Positions 27,355 through 35,909 of a DNA stretch of 64,000 nucleotides are shown here, piece after piece. The stretch is from contig CAZUIF010000004.1 of assembly GCA_964621005.1 (NCBI GenBank), positions 69,204 through 133,203 of the forward strand, in the 5' to 3' direction. The DNA is from an uncultured Rikenella sp. GTDB lineage: Bacteria; Bacteroidota; Bacteroidia; Bacteroidales; VadinHA17. Position numbers and translations under genes: made by a program. Under the pieces are notes generated by a model, which was not told the DNA's origin, did no database searches, and saw nothing but the letters and a program-made list of their open reading frames with translations. The number at the start of each line of letters is the position of its first letter. Position 1 is the first letter of the stretch.

Positions 27355-27768
27355 ATGAGACATAAGGTAGAATCTGCATGGAATGGCAGAATGAAGTTTG
27401 ACACAGAAGTTAACGGACACCACTTTTATATGGACCAGGCCGGCGAGAACGGTGACAACAGCGGGCCCCGCCCCAAACCGCTCATGCTGGCAGCGCTGGC
27501 AGGCTGTACGGGAATGGACGTGATTTCACTGCTCCGTAAGATGAGGCAGGAAATTGAGTATTTCAATGTGATTGTTGAGGGTGACACCGAGGAGGAGCAT
27601 CCGAATGCCTTTATTAAGATGCATGTAATTTATGAGTTCAGGGGAAAAGACCTTGACATGGAGAAGATCGAAAAGTCTATAAGCCTCTCTATGGAGCGCT
27701 ATTGCGGTGTGTCAGCAGTATACCGGAAGGCCGGGATAGAAATGACGCACGAAGTAAAAATGGTCTGA
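27355..27768 (+). CDS. OsmC/Ohr-family peroxiredoxin-like protein
   Basis: 137 aa with both conserved Cys contexts (LAGCTGMD and ERYCGVS). Confidence 0.85.
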   Translation: MRHKVESAWNGRMKFDTEVNGHHFYMDQAGENGDNSGPRPKPLMLAALAGCTGMDVISLLRKMRQEIEYFNVIVEGDTEEEHPNAFIKMHVIYEFRGKDLDMEKIEKSISLSMERYCGVSAVYRKAGIEMTHEVKMV

Positions 27769-27818
27769 GGGTCATGCAGTCTTGCGGTCAGAAAGAGTAA
27801 TCAATAAAATACAAGAAT

Positions 27819-28172
27819 ATGCTTTACACAAATTTGAATCATGTTGAGACTGCACAGCAGCTCGAAAAAATTATCAGTGAGAATGAGAATGTAATGGTAT
27901 GCTGCGGCCGGATGGGCCCGATGTGCATACCCGTTTACGGTATCATGGAGGAACTGGAACCCGAGTATACCCATGTAAAATTCTTCGACATGGAGTTTGA
28001 CAACCCTGAGGCACAGGTCATCCGCAACGCTCCGCTCACACGCGGGTTCATGGGACTGCCCTACACCGTATATTACAGGAACGGCAAGATGGTGAAGGCA
28101 ACCACCAGCATCCAGACAATGGCCCAGGTGAAATCAATCCTTGACAGTGAGTTTGGCCAGCCAAAAGCTTGA
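27819..28172 (+). CDS. Thioredoxin-fold protein with a non-canonical Cys arrangement
   Basis: 117 aa of thioredoxin-like size and beta-alpha pattern. The active-site region reads VMVCCGRMGPMCIP (CC-x6-C), with no CxxC. Confidence 0.55.
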   Translation: MLYTNLNHVETAQQLEKIISENENVMVCCGRMGPMCIPVYGIMEELEPEYTHVKFFDMEFDNPEAQVIRNAPLTRGFMGLPYTVYYRNGKMVKATTSIQTMAQVKSILDSEFGQPKA

Positions 28173-28175
28173 GAG

Positions 28176-29114
28176 ATGGATAATTCGAACCATTACAGTG
28201 TGATCATCCTGGGAGGCGGACCGGCCGGACTTACAGCCGCCATATATCTCTCGCGTGCCAGGGTGAGAACACTGCTCCTCACGGAAGGTACTCCCGGGGG
28301 CCAGATGACACTGACGCACGAGATTGCCAATTACCCTGGTATTGAGAAGATCAACGGTTACATGCTTGGCTCGGTGATGAAGAAACAGGCAACAGCCTTT
28401 GGCGCCGTGGTGAAAGGCAACACAGAGGTCAGCTCTTTCAGTCTTGAAGGTCCGCTGAAAAGTGTCACCGCTTCCGCCGGGGAGACATACACCGCTGATG
28501 CTGTAATACTTGCCACCGGCGGCAGATCGCGCACACTGGGTGTTCCCGGTGAGGATACCTTCAGGGGCAAGGGCATTTCATACTGCGCCACATGCGACGG
28601 CGACTTCTTCACAGGGAAGGAGATAGTTGTTGTAGGTGGTGGCAACTCGGCCCTGGAGGAGGCGGTTTCCCTGACAAAATATGCCACGAAGGTGACGGTG
28701 GTGCACCAGTTTGATCACTTCCAGGCATTTCAGTATGCCGTGGATGAGGCAAAAGCCAACCCGAAGATCAGCTTCGTGATGTCATCAACAATTGCTTCGT
28801 TCTACGGTAACGAAAAGCTGGAAGGGGTCAGGATCAGAAACCTTGTCACCGGCGGGGAGACTGACTTCAGGACAGACGGTGTCTTCATATTCATCGGTTA
28901 TGTTCCCAATACAGAGTGGCTGAAGGGAACCGTTGCAATGAACGACAGAGGCGAGATACTCGCCGGAGCGGATATGTCAACATCCATAAACGGCGTTTAT
29001 TCGGCAGGTGATGCGAACGCCAAGCGCTACAGGCAGGTGACTACGGCTGTTGCTGACGGCACCGTTGCTGCGCTTGCAGCAGCAGATTACCTGCATTCAC
29101 AAAAAAGAAACTAA
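28176..29114 (+). CDS. trxB: Thioredoxin-disulfide reductase
   Basis: 312 aa with GGGPAG FAD and GGGNSALEEA NAD(P)H dinucleotide motifs and the redox-active CATCDG. Confidence 0.92.
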   Translation: MDNSNHYSVIILGGGPAGLTAAIYLSRARVRTLLLTEGTPGGQMTLTHEIANYPGIEKINGYMLGSVMKKQATAFGAVVKGNTEVSSFSLEGPLKSVTASAGETYTADAVILATGGRSRTLGVPGEDTFRGKGISYCATCDGDFFTGKEIVVVGGGNSALEEAVSLTKYATKVTVVHQFDHFQAFQYAVDEAKANPKISFVMSSTIASFYGNEKLEGVRIRNLVTGGETDFRTDGVFIFIGYVPNTEWLKGTVAMNDRGEILAGADMSTSINGVYSAGDANAKRYRQVTTAVADGTVAALAAADYLHSQKRN

Positions 29115-29120
29115 AAGGAA

Positions 29121-29543
29121 ATGAAAATGAAAGGACTTATAATAGCAGTTGTGGTGATAGCAGTAGTTGCAATACTGATTATGCGGTCATACAACAAAAT
29201 GAAAAATGCCCCTGCTGTGGCTGAGAGTGAGCTTATTGAGCATCTGACAGCGCAGAATTTTGCCCATAAAACGAAAAGCGGGATCGTGCTGGTTGATTTC
29301 TGGGCTGACTGGTGCATGCCCTGCAAGATGATGGCGCCGATTCTGAACGAAGTGGCCGAGGCCACTGACGGTACCGCCACAATCTACAAGCTCAACGTGG
29401 ATGAACAGCAGCAGGTTGCAGCCAACTATGGCATCCGGAACATTCCGACAATGATTCTTTTCAAGGACGGGAAGGAAGTTGAAAGAATAATAGGAGTGAA
29501 GCCGAAAGATTATATCATTTCAAGCATAAATAAGGCAAAGTAA
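29121..29543 (+). CDS. Thioredoxin with an N-terminal membrane anchor/signal
   Basis: 140 aa with a hydrophobic N-terminus (GLIIAVVVIAVVAILIM) followed by a canonical thioredoxin domain with WCMPCK. Confidence 0.88.
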   Translation: MKMKGLIIAVVVIAVVAILIMRSYNKMKNAPAVAESELIEHLTAQNFAHKTKSGIVLVDFWADWCMPCKMMAPILNEVAEATDGTATIYKLNVDEQQQVAANYGIRNIPTMILFKDGKEVERIIGVKPKDYIISSINKAK

Positions 29544-29642
29544 GGGTTTCAAGGCGGATATTTTTCCCCTGATGTATCTTATATCCGCATTGCCCTTTCC
29601 ATATGTCTGTGTTAATTGGTTCGGAGGGTTTCCGGCAGGGCA

Positions 29643-31712
29643 TCACCTGCCGGAGCCCTCTCTTGCTTTTTCATAATCAGGTGCTTCGAGGAGCCGGGTG
29701 AACTTCGCCGAAGGCCGTACCCTTCCAAAGGAGTCGAAATATGCTTCCCTTGTCATGGAGTCCCAGTGGATCGCCCCGTGATAATACTGGATATTGTAAA
29801 AGAGGCCTGTTGACCACAGCAGGAGGAAGGCAGCCATGACTGAGCGCCTGACCCATTTGCTTCCGGCACCTAAGCCTGAGGAAAGGAGAGATGCCGATGC
29901 CACCGCAGCCAGGGCATAGCTGTCAATGAAGGCCCGCTGCCCGAACCCTCCGCCGTACCACCAGCACCACCAGGAAAAGATAATATAAATGTTCAACGGA
30001 ACGAAAACTGTGACAGCCGGCGCATGGGGAGACTTCTGTCTCCAGAGGGTGATGATGCCTGAAAATGCGAAGATCATCAGGGGGGTATAGATAAATAAAC
30101 CCTTCCGCCAGCTGAACAACCCCTTCAGTATTGCGGGGTCGCCGAAAAAGAACCGTTCATTGCTCCCGTATGAAAAATAGAGCCATTGTCCGGTCATCTC
30201 CTTCCAGTAGATCATCTGTGGTACCCAGACTGCAATTGCTGCGATGGCTGTCAGGACAAGAAACCTGTAATCGCCAACCGTCTGTTTGAATCTCCGGCTC
30301 AGGCTTTCTGCCGAATTAACCCCGTACAGCAGGAAAATCAGGATGATCACTATGTTTGTGGGGCGGATCAGAGTAATCAGGCCGACGAGCAGGCCAAGCT
30401 TTACCGCCGGCCATGTATCCCTGTTTTCAGTATAGTGCCATTTAATTGAATACCAGATAAATATGTTTATCAGTGCGAAGGAGTAAACATGTGACATCGT
30501 CCCCTGGTACAGGGTGTACCAGTACAGGTTTGTACCGGTGACGAATGCTGCAAGGACCATTGCTGTAACGGCATCAGATGAATGCAAGAGGAGGATTCTT
30601 CTCAGGTAAACCAGTCCGACGGCAAGAAAAAAAAGCGCTGATACCAGCAGGAAGAATTTGTAGGGGGGAGAATATCCTCCGGTGTCTGCACCCGTCAACA
30701 GCGCCACGGCATGCCCCGCAAGGAAGAATGGGCTCCAGAGAACAGAGAGGCCCATACTGGTCTTGATCACGTATTTGCCTTCCGGCCCTTTGTCAGGCCA
30801 TACCGTGAATTTGTGCGGACCCTTATAATTGTCGGCGTAGCTCAGTGACAGGTCATTGTAGATGAATGCTGCCGGGAGATAGGCATAGTATGAAATCGCA
30901 TCCCATTCGATTACACGCCTATCATCGTTCCAGTGTTTCTCCTTCAGCATCACACCGGTCATGAACGCAATCAGCAGGATCACGGTCAGAAGGGAAAGCC
31001 AGTTCTTCCCGGCCAGTCCGTACCTGAACAGTTTGCCTGCAATGCCCAGTCCGTCGCCGACATGAATCTTCTTGCCTTCGTTCTTTCTCCTCGGTGAGTA
31101 GGTTACCGGCTCCTCAGCAAATTTTGTATGGCTGTCATGCAGTGCCTTGAACATAAGTTCAGTTTCGAAGCCGAATCTGTTCTCCGTGAGATCAAGTCTA
31201 CTGAAAAGTTCTTTCCTGATCAGTTTGTAGCCGCATGTAAGGTCGGTGATTTTTCTGCCTGTCATCCGTGCGGCTACAGCTGAAAAGATCCTGTTCAGGG
31301 TTATGGCTATCGTGGCATGGCCGGGGTGCCCTTTCGCTGCCGCGAAGCGGGTTCCGCTTACGAGGTCGAGGTCATCGCGGTGCATTCTGTCAAGCAGTGC
31401 GGGGATGTCTGCCGGGTCAAGCTCCAGGTCGGCATCCTGAACGATGACTGTGTCTCCTTGTGCCTCTTTTACCCCGGCAGCAACTGCAGCCCCCTTGCCT
31501 GAGTTGACCGGGAGGCGGATAACCCTTATATCCCTGGCTCCTTCAGCTGCCTTTTCAACCAGGCTTGCTGAACCGTCAGTTGAGCAGTCATCGATGATAA
31601 GCACTTCCACCCGGCTGACAAAACCGGGCATGACGGTCCGGCGGATCCTTTCCAGCGTCACCGTGATGACGCCGGCCTCGTTATACATGGGGATGATTAT
31701 GCTGAGGTACAA
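29643..31712 (-). CDS. Fusion glycosyltransferase: N-terminal GT2 (polyprenyl-phosphate sugar synthase-like) plus C-terminal polytopic GT-C (ArnT/PMT-like) domain
   Basis: 689 aa. Residues 1-~230 are GT2 (IIIPMYNE, DDCSTDGS, QDADLE). The remainder has about 11 TM segments and an early extracytoplasmic EWDAISYYAY motif of the D/E-x-x-Y type seen in GT39/GT83 enzymes. Confidence 0.75.
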   Translation of the reverse strand: MYLSIIIPMYNEAGVITVTLERIRRTVMPGFVSRVEVLIIDDCSTDGSASLVEKAAEGARDIRVIRLPVNSGKGAAVAAGVKEAQGDTVIVQDADLELDPADIPALLDRMHRDDLDLVSGTRFAAAKGHPGHATIAITLNRIFSAVAARMTGRKITDLTCGYKLIRKELFSRLDLTENRFGFETELMFKALHDSHTKFAEEPVTYSPRRKNEGKKIHVGDGLGIAGKLFRYGLAGKNWLSLLTVILLIAFMTGVMLKEKHWNDDRRVIEWDAISYYAYLPAAFIYNDLSLSYADNYKGPHKFTVWPDKGPEGKYVIKTSMGLSVLWSPFFLAGHAVALLTGADTGGYSPPYKFFLLVSALFFLAVGLVYLRRILLLHSSDAVTAMVLAAFVTGTNLYWYTLYQGTMSHVYSFALINIFIWYSIKWHYTENRDTWPAVKLGLLVGLITLIRPTNIVIILIFLLYGVNSAESLSRRFKQTVGDYRFLVLTAIAAIAVWVPQMIYWKEMTGQWLYFSYGSNERFFFGDPAILKGLFSWRKGLFIYTPLMIFAFSGIITLWRQKSPHAPAVTVFVPLNIYIIFSWWCWWYGGGFGQRAFIDSYALAAVASASLLSSGLGAGSKWVRRSVMAAFLLLWSTGLFYNIQYYHGAIHWDSMTREAYFDSFGRVRPSAKFTRLLEAPDYEKAREGSGR

Positions 31713-31910
31713 TGCCTGTTCATGTTATCGGATAAAGGTACTATTTATTCGATAAGGCAAGAGGCAGCAGCCATTTGGCAATAGTGCCGGTACCTATTTA
31801 CTGCCGGCTGCCGTCCCGCATCCGCCAGCTGGCGGATACGGGACTTCGCCTTCGTCGGAGCCTCAAACCGGTACTGCTGCCTGGTACTGCCCCCGGGGGT
31901 ATACGGCAAT

Positions 31911-31942
31911 GAAATAAAAAAGAGACCCGTGTGGATCTCTTT
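31911..31942 (-). terminator. Rho-independent terminator after the Gly/Gln-rich protein gene
   Basis: The minus-strand RNA is AAAGAGAUCC-ACAC-GGGUCUCUUU followed by UUUUAUUU. The single non-Watson-Crick pair is a U.G wobble on the minus strand but a C-A mismatch on the plus strand. Confidence 0.65.
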
Positions 31943-31963
31943 GTGCATTAACCCAGCTGAGGC

Positions 31964-32437
31964 TTATTTCTTTTCAGGGGTGGTTGCCAGGTTGTCGCAG
32001 ACACCGTCCTTGTTGGCATCGACAAATGCCGGACCCTGTCCGTTATGAAGGCCCCTTCCGGGAGCAACTCCCTGTCCGCGTCCGGCACCTCTTCCTGGCA
32101 TCATGCCCTGGCCACGGGGATGGCCGTTCCTCGGACCCTGTGCCAGTCCCTGATGCCGACCCTGGCCGTTCCTCGGACCCTGTGCCAGTCCCTGGCCTTT
32201 ACCGTGGCCGCGATTGACTGCTGCCTGGTTCTCTCCGGCGGAGTAAGCCCGGCGTCCCGGCCTGGTCCCATTCTCAAAATTGTCACATACTCCGTCATTG
32301 TCAGAGTCAATCCATGCATTTCCTGCTGCCTGACCCTGGCCGGGCTGAACCTGCTGTGCAGTCTGTGATTTCTGTCCTGTGGCAATAACCGTCATTGCGG
32401 ATAATACTACCGCTGTAAAGAATAGTTTTGTTTTCAT
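31964..32437 (-). CDS. Secreted low-complexity Gly/Gln/Arg-rich protein with two DxDxDGVCDN motifs
   Basis: 157 aa with a signal peptide (MKTKLFFTAVVLSAMTVIATGQ). A repetitive core (GQGLAQGPRNG x2, plus GRG/GQG runs with His and Met) is flanked by DSDNDGVCDNF and DANKDGVCDNL. Confidence 0.5.
   Translation of the reverse strand: MKTKLFFTAVVLSAMTVIATGQKSQTAQQVQPGQGQAAGNAWIDSDNDGVCDNFENGTRPGRRAYSAGENQAAVNRGHGKGQGLAQGPRNGQGRHQGLAQGPRNGHPRGQGMMPGRGAGRGQGVAPGRGLHNGQGPAFVDANKDGVCDNLATTPEKK
32121..32194. repeat. Perfect 32-bp direct repeat, 2 copies, 42-bp period, inside the CDS
   Basis: TGGCCGTTCCTCGGACCCTGTGCCAGTCCCTG occurs at 32121-32152 and 32163-32194. The period is 14 codons, encoding the GLAQGPRNG(Q/H) repeat. 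Confidence 0.85.
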
Positions 32438-32551
32438 GAGTAATTGTAATTTGTTATTGATTTGAATAATTGTCCCTGTTTACAATTACACAGATGAAAC
32501 GAAGCCGCAAAGGTTTAATCACGGCAGCAGAAAAGTTTTATAAAATATATT

Positions 32552-34768
32552 CTACAGCTTGATATTTCTGAGTCTCAATGCATTCCACACAACTGAGACT
32601 GAGCTGAAGCTCATTGCTGCAGCAGCGAACATAGGATTAAGCAACGGACCGCCGAAGAGGTGCAGGAGGCCCATAGCGACGGGGATGCCAAGGATATTGT
32701 AGAAGAATGCCCAGAAGAGATTCTGTTTGATGTTCCGGATCGTGCTGTGGCTAAGTTTCAGGGTACGCACCACGTCGCCGAGATCGTTTTTAATAAGCAC
32801 CACATCTGCTGCCTCAATGGCCACATCTGTTCCTGAGCCGATTGCAATACCCACATCGGCCGTGGCCAGGGCGGGGGCGTCGTTTATGCCGTCACCCACC
32901 ATGATGACACTCCTGCCGCTGTTCCTGATATTTCTTATCTCCCCGGCCTTGTCGCCTGGCAGTACGCCGGCAATTACCTTTTCAACTCCGGCCTCGGCGG
33001 CAATCCGTTCAGCGGTCTGAATGCTGTCACCGGTTATCATAATAACCTCAAGGCCCATGGCTCTCATTCCGGCGATTGCTGATGCTGAACCGGAACGGAT
33101 TGTGTCAGCCACCGCTATCACCCCGATGCATTCACCGTTGGCAGCCACGTACATCACTGTTTTTCCGCTGGCTGAAAGATCATCCGCAGTTTTGTCAGCA
33201 GCGGATGTCGCGACTTTTCGCTCACTCATCAGCCTCTTGCTTCCGGCAAGAACGTGAATGCCGTTGACGGCCGCCTCAACACCGTAACCGGGAAGGGCAC
33301 TGAATCTTTCGGGTCCCGGGAAGGAGTATTGTTTCTCTTCTGCAAACCTGATTACTGCTTTTGCCACAGGATGCTCAGACCGGCTTTCCGCGCCTGCGGC
33401 CAGTGATGCCAGCGTCTGTTCATCGGTTCCGCCTGCAGTGATGATGTCTGTCACAACCGGGACACCTGTTGTGATGGTGCCGGTTTTGTCAAGCACGATC
33501 ACGTTGGCTTTGCGTGCCGTTTCCAGGGCTTCACCGCCCTTTATAAGTATACCCTGCTGTGCACCTCTTCCTGTTCCCACCATCACCGCCACCGGTGTGG
33601 CAAGTCCCAGCGCGCAGGGACACGCAATTATCAGTACGGAGATCAGGACCCTGAATGCCAGCTGGAAATCGCCAGTGCCGATAAGCCATGCTGCCCCGCC
33701 AAGAAATGCCAGACTCATTACAACCGGAACGAAGATTCCTGATATCTTGTCTGCCAGCCGGGCTATGGGCGCCTTTGACCCCTGTGCCTCCTCCATCAGC
33801 TTGACAATACGGGCGAGGGTTGTTTCGCTGCCTATCCGGGTAGCACGGTATATCACCGACCCGTTAAGGTTGATGCTGCCGCCTGTGACCTCAGATCCTT
33901 CGCTCTTTTCAACCGGGATGCTCTCTCCGGTAAGCATCGACTCATCAGCCGAGGTGAGTCCGCTGGTGACAATCCCGTCAGTCGGGTACCGTTCTCCGGG
34001 CCTGACAACCACAAGCTCATCCACCTTTACCTTTGCAGCCGGAACCGTCTTCTCCCTGCCGTCTCTTAAAACCGTCGCCAGCGGAGGGGCGAGCGAGAGG
34101 AGCCGGCGTATTGCACTGCCGGCTTTTGCCTTTGACCGTGCCTCGAGGAACCGGCCCATTGTTATCAGGGTAATAATTGTTGCGGCAGATTCATAATAAA
34201 GATTATGTACATAGTGGATATCACCGCCGGCGATACGGACCGTAGCGTAAATACCGTAGAGGAATGCGGCGGCAGTTCCCATGGCCACCAGGGTGTCCAT
34301 TCCGGGATTACCCCTAAGCAGTGTTTTTGTACCTGCAATATAGAAGTTTCGTCCGGTGATAATAACAGGTGTTGTCAGCAGCAGTTGCAGAAAGGCGAAG
34401 ACGAGAGGGCTGGTATCCGGTGCGATGAAGGCAGGCAACTTTAATCCGGCCATTGCTGACATTGCAACTGCAAGGAGAGGGATGGTAGATACCAGTGACA
34501 CTACCAGGCGTTTCTTCAGTTTTGCCGATTCAGGAATGGACGCCCTCCTTTCCTTCTCATCATCTATGGCCTTGTAACCTGCCCTGCTGACAGCTTCAAA
34601 TACCTGGTCCACGGATGTTTTTTTGTCGTCATAGGAGATCGTGAGCCGTTCTGTCGCCAGGTTGACGCTGGCAAAGGTTATGCCATCCACTTTGGCCGCG
34701 GCTTTTTCAACGTGTGCTGCGCATGATGCGCAGTTCATCCCCTCTATCGCAAATGATTTTTCGCTCAT
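32552..34768 (-). CDS. copA: Copper-translocating P1B-type ATPase
   Basis: 738 aa with an N-terminal HMA domain (GMNCASCAAHVEK), a CPC transmembrane metal site (IIACPCALGLATP), DKTGTIT, SEHP and GDGINDAPAL. Confidence 0.93.
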   Translation of the reverse strand: MSEKSFAIEGMNCASCAAHVEKAAAKVDGITFASVNLATERLTISYDDKKTSVDQVFEAVSRAGYKAIDDEKERRASIPESAKLKKRLVVSLVSTIPLLAVAMSAMAGLKLPAFIAPDTSPLVFAFLQLLLTTPVIITGRNFYIAGTKTLLRGNPGMDTLVAMGTAAAFLYGIYATVRIAGGDIHYVHNLYYESAATIITLITMGRFLEARSKAKAGSAIRRLLSLAPPLATVLRDGREKTVPAAKVKVDELVVVRPGERYPTDGIVTSGLTSADESMLTGESIPVEKSEGSEVTGGSINLNGSVIYRATRIGSETTLARIVKLMEEAQGSKAPIARLADKISGIFVPVVMSLAFLGGAAWLIGTGDFQLAFRVLISVLIIACPCALGLATPVAVMVGTGRGAQQGILIKGGEALETARKANVIVLDKTGTITTGVPVVTDIITAGGTDEQTLASLAAGAESRSEHPVAKAVIRFAEEKQYSFPGPERFSALPGYGVEAAVNGIHVLAGSKRLMSERKVATSAADKTADDLSASGKTVMYVAANGECIGVIAVADTIRSGSASAIAGMRAMGLEVIMITGDSIQTAERIAAEAGVEKVIAGVLPGDKAGEIRNIRNSGRSVIMVGDGINDAPALATADVGIAIGSGTDVAIEAADVVLIKNDLGDVVRTLKLSHSTIRNIKQNLFWAFFYNILGIPVAMGLLHLFGGPLLNPMFAAAAMSFSSVSVVWNALRLRNIKL

Positions 34769-34838
34769 TGTTTTAACGGTGTAAAGTTAAAACAATGTGC
34801 AAACAATAATGTTGACAGCTTAATATTAAAGGCAGTTG

Positions 34839-35909
34839 TTAACGCACCGCAACTGCGAATGCCTCCCTGGTGACCATGCCGTCACAGGCAAGCTGCAGGA
34901 AGTAGATTCCCGGGGTGAGCCCTTCTGCAGAAAGGGTTGTGAATCCGTCGTCAACCTGTCCCGTCATCACCAGGCATCCGGAGATATCGTATACATATAC
35001 TGTGCTCCCGTTGCACGGATATCCGGAAATGCTGACATTCAGGGAATTGTGTGCGGGATTCGGATACAGGGTAACTGACAGGGTCTGTTCTGCAATTTCC
35101 TCGGCGGTATTGAGAGTACCCCATATCCTTTCAGCAAGGAGAGGCTGGTCAATAAAAGGGTTTCGGTTTTTCTGATACCTGTAAACCTCATCGTTGCGTT
35201 TCTTTTCCTTCAGGCTGACGGTATCGGCCCTGTGCCATGCCAGGAGCATCTGCAATGCCCACTGCTTTGGCTGGGCTCCTGTAGTCATGTCGCTGCCCGG
35301 CCACTGGCTGTCTTCTCCATAGTAACGGGTTGCCATATAAAAAAATGTCCGTGCAAGGTCACCCTTGTATTCATCTATCGGCTCAAAGACTTCCCCTGTA
35401 TAGCCCTGGACAGAGCCGGGACCGACCATGCTCCCGTTTGTGGATGTCCATGATGGGGCAGCAGTTTCACCGTAGGGCAGGTTTCCCCTCTTGTTGTTCA
35501 CCCAACCGTCCGTGGGGTAAATGTGAAAAAGGTCAGTATACATTGGCGGAGCATCATTGAACCAGCTTTTGGGAAATGAGTGCTCCCTGTTGTAGCAGTC
35601 GCCTTCACTGTTGTAATTGCCACACTGGCCGGTGAAGATTGCATACAGGTATGCCGGTGTCCCGCCGGGAACATCAGAATATATATCCCAGACCGAAATT
35701 CCGTCACTCTTTACATCAGTGGCAGAGAAACACTGCCACAGGTCAGCATAGGTGACCTCGGTGTGTCCGTCGATGATATCATGAAGTGCCTGCTGAAGTG
35801 CTTTCCCTGCAAGGCCTTCAGCACTGCTGTAGTACCCTTCCGGAATCTGGCCTGCCAGTCTGCCGGTGAGGCAGGCGAGCAGGATCAGGGCAAGGGCACC
35901 TTTTGTCAT
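34839..35909 (-). CDS. Secreted Endonuclease I family nuclease with a T9SS C-terminal sorting domain
   Basis: 356 aa with a signal peptide and Endonuclease I motifs (NREHSFPKSWF, DLFHIYPTDGWVNNKRGNLPYG, GDLARTFFYMATRY). The tail is T9SS-type (LYPNPAHNSLNV...VYVYDISG...GIYFLQL). It shows an ATGA overlap with the upstream lipoprotein gene. Confidence 0.85.
   Translation of the reverse strand: MTKGALALILLACLTGRLAGQIPEGYYSSAEGLAGKALQQALHDIIDGHTEVTYADLWQCFSATDVKSDGISVWDIYSDVPGGTPAYLYAIFTGQCGNYNSEGDCYNREHSFPKSWFNDAPPMYTDLFHIYPTDGWVNNKRGNLPYGETAAPSWTSTNGSMVGPGSVQGYTGEVFEPIDEYKGDLARTFFYMATRYYGEDSQWPGSDMTTGAQPKQWALQMLLAWHRADTVSLKEKKRNDEVYRYQKNRNPFIDQPLLAERIWGTLNTAEEIAEQTLSVTLYPNPAHNSLNVSISGYPCNGSTVYVYDISGCLVMTGQVDDGFTTLSAEGLTPGIYFLQLACDGMVTREAFAVAVR

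Noticed and set aside
31745-31948. A 67-aa ORF in the intergenic region upstream of the glycosyltransferase gene.
   Set aside because: It spans a terminator hairpin and a 32-nt palindrome and has no motif or plausible start context. It is more likely non-coding regulatory sequence.
32121-32194. A perfect 32-bp direct repeat that could be mistaken for a tiny CRISPR array.
   Set aside because: There are only two copies with a 10-bp spacer, in frame inside a CDS, encoding a peptide repeat. No cas genes are present.
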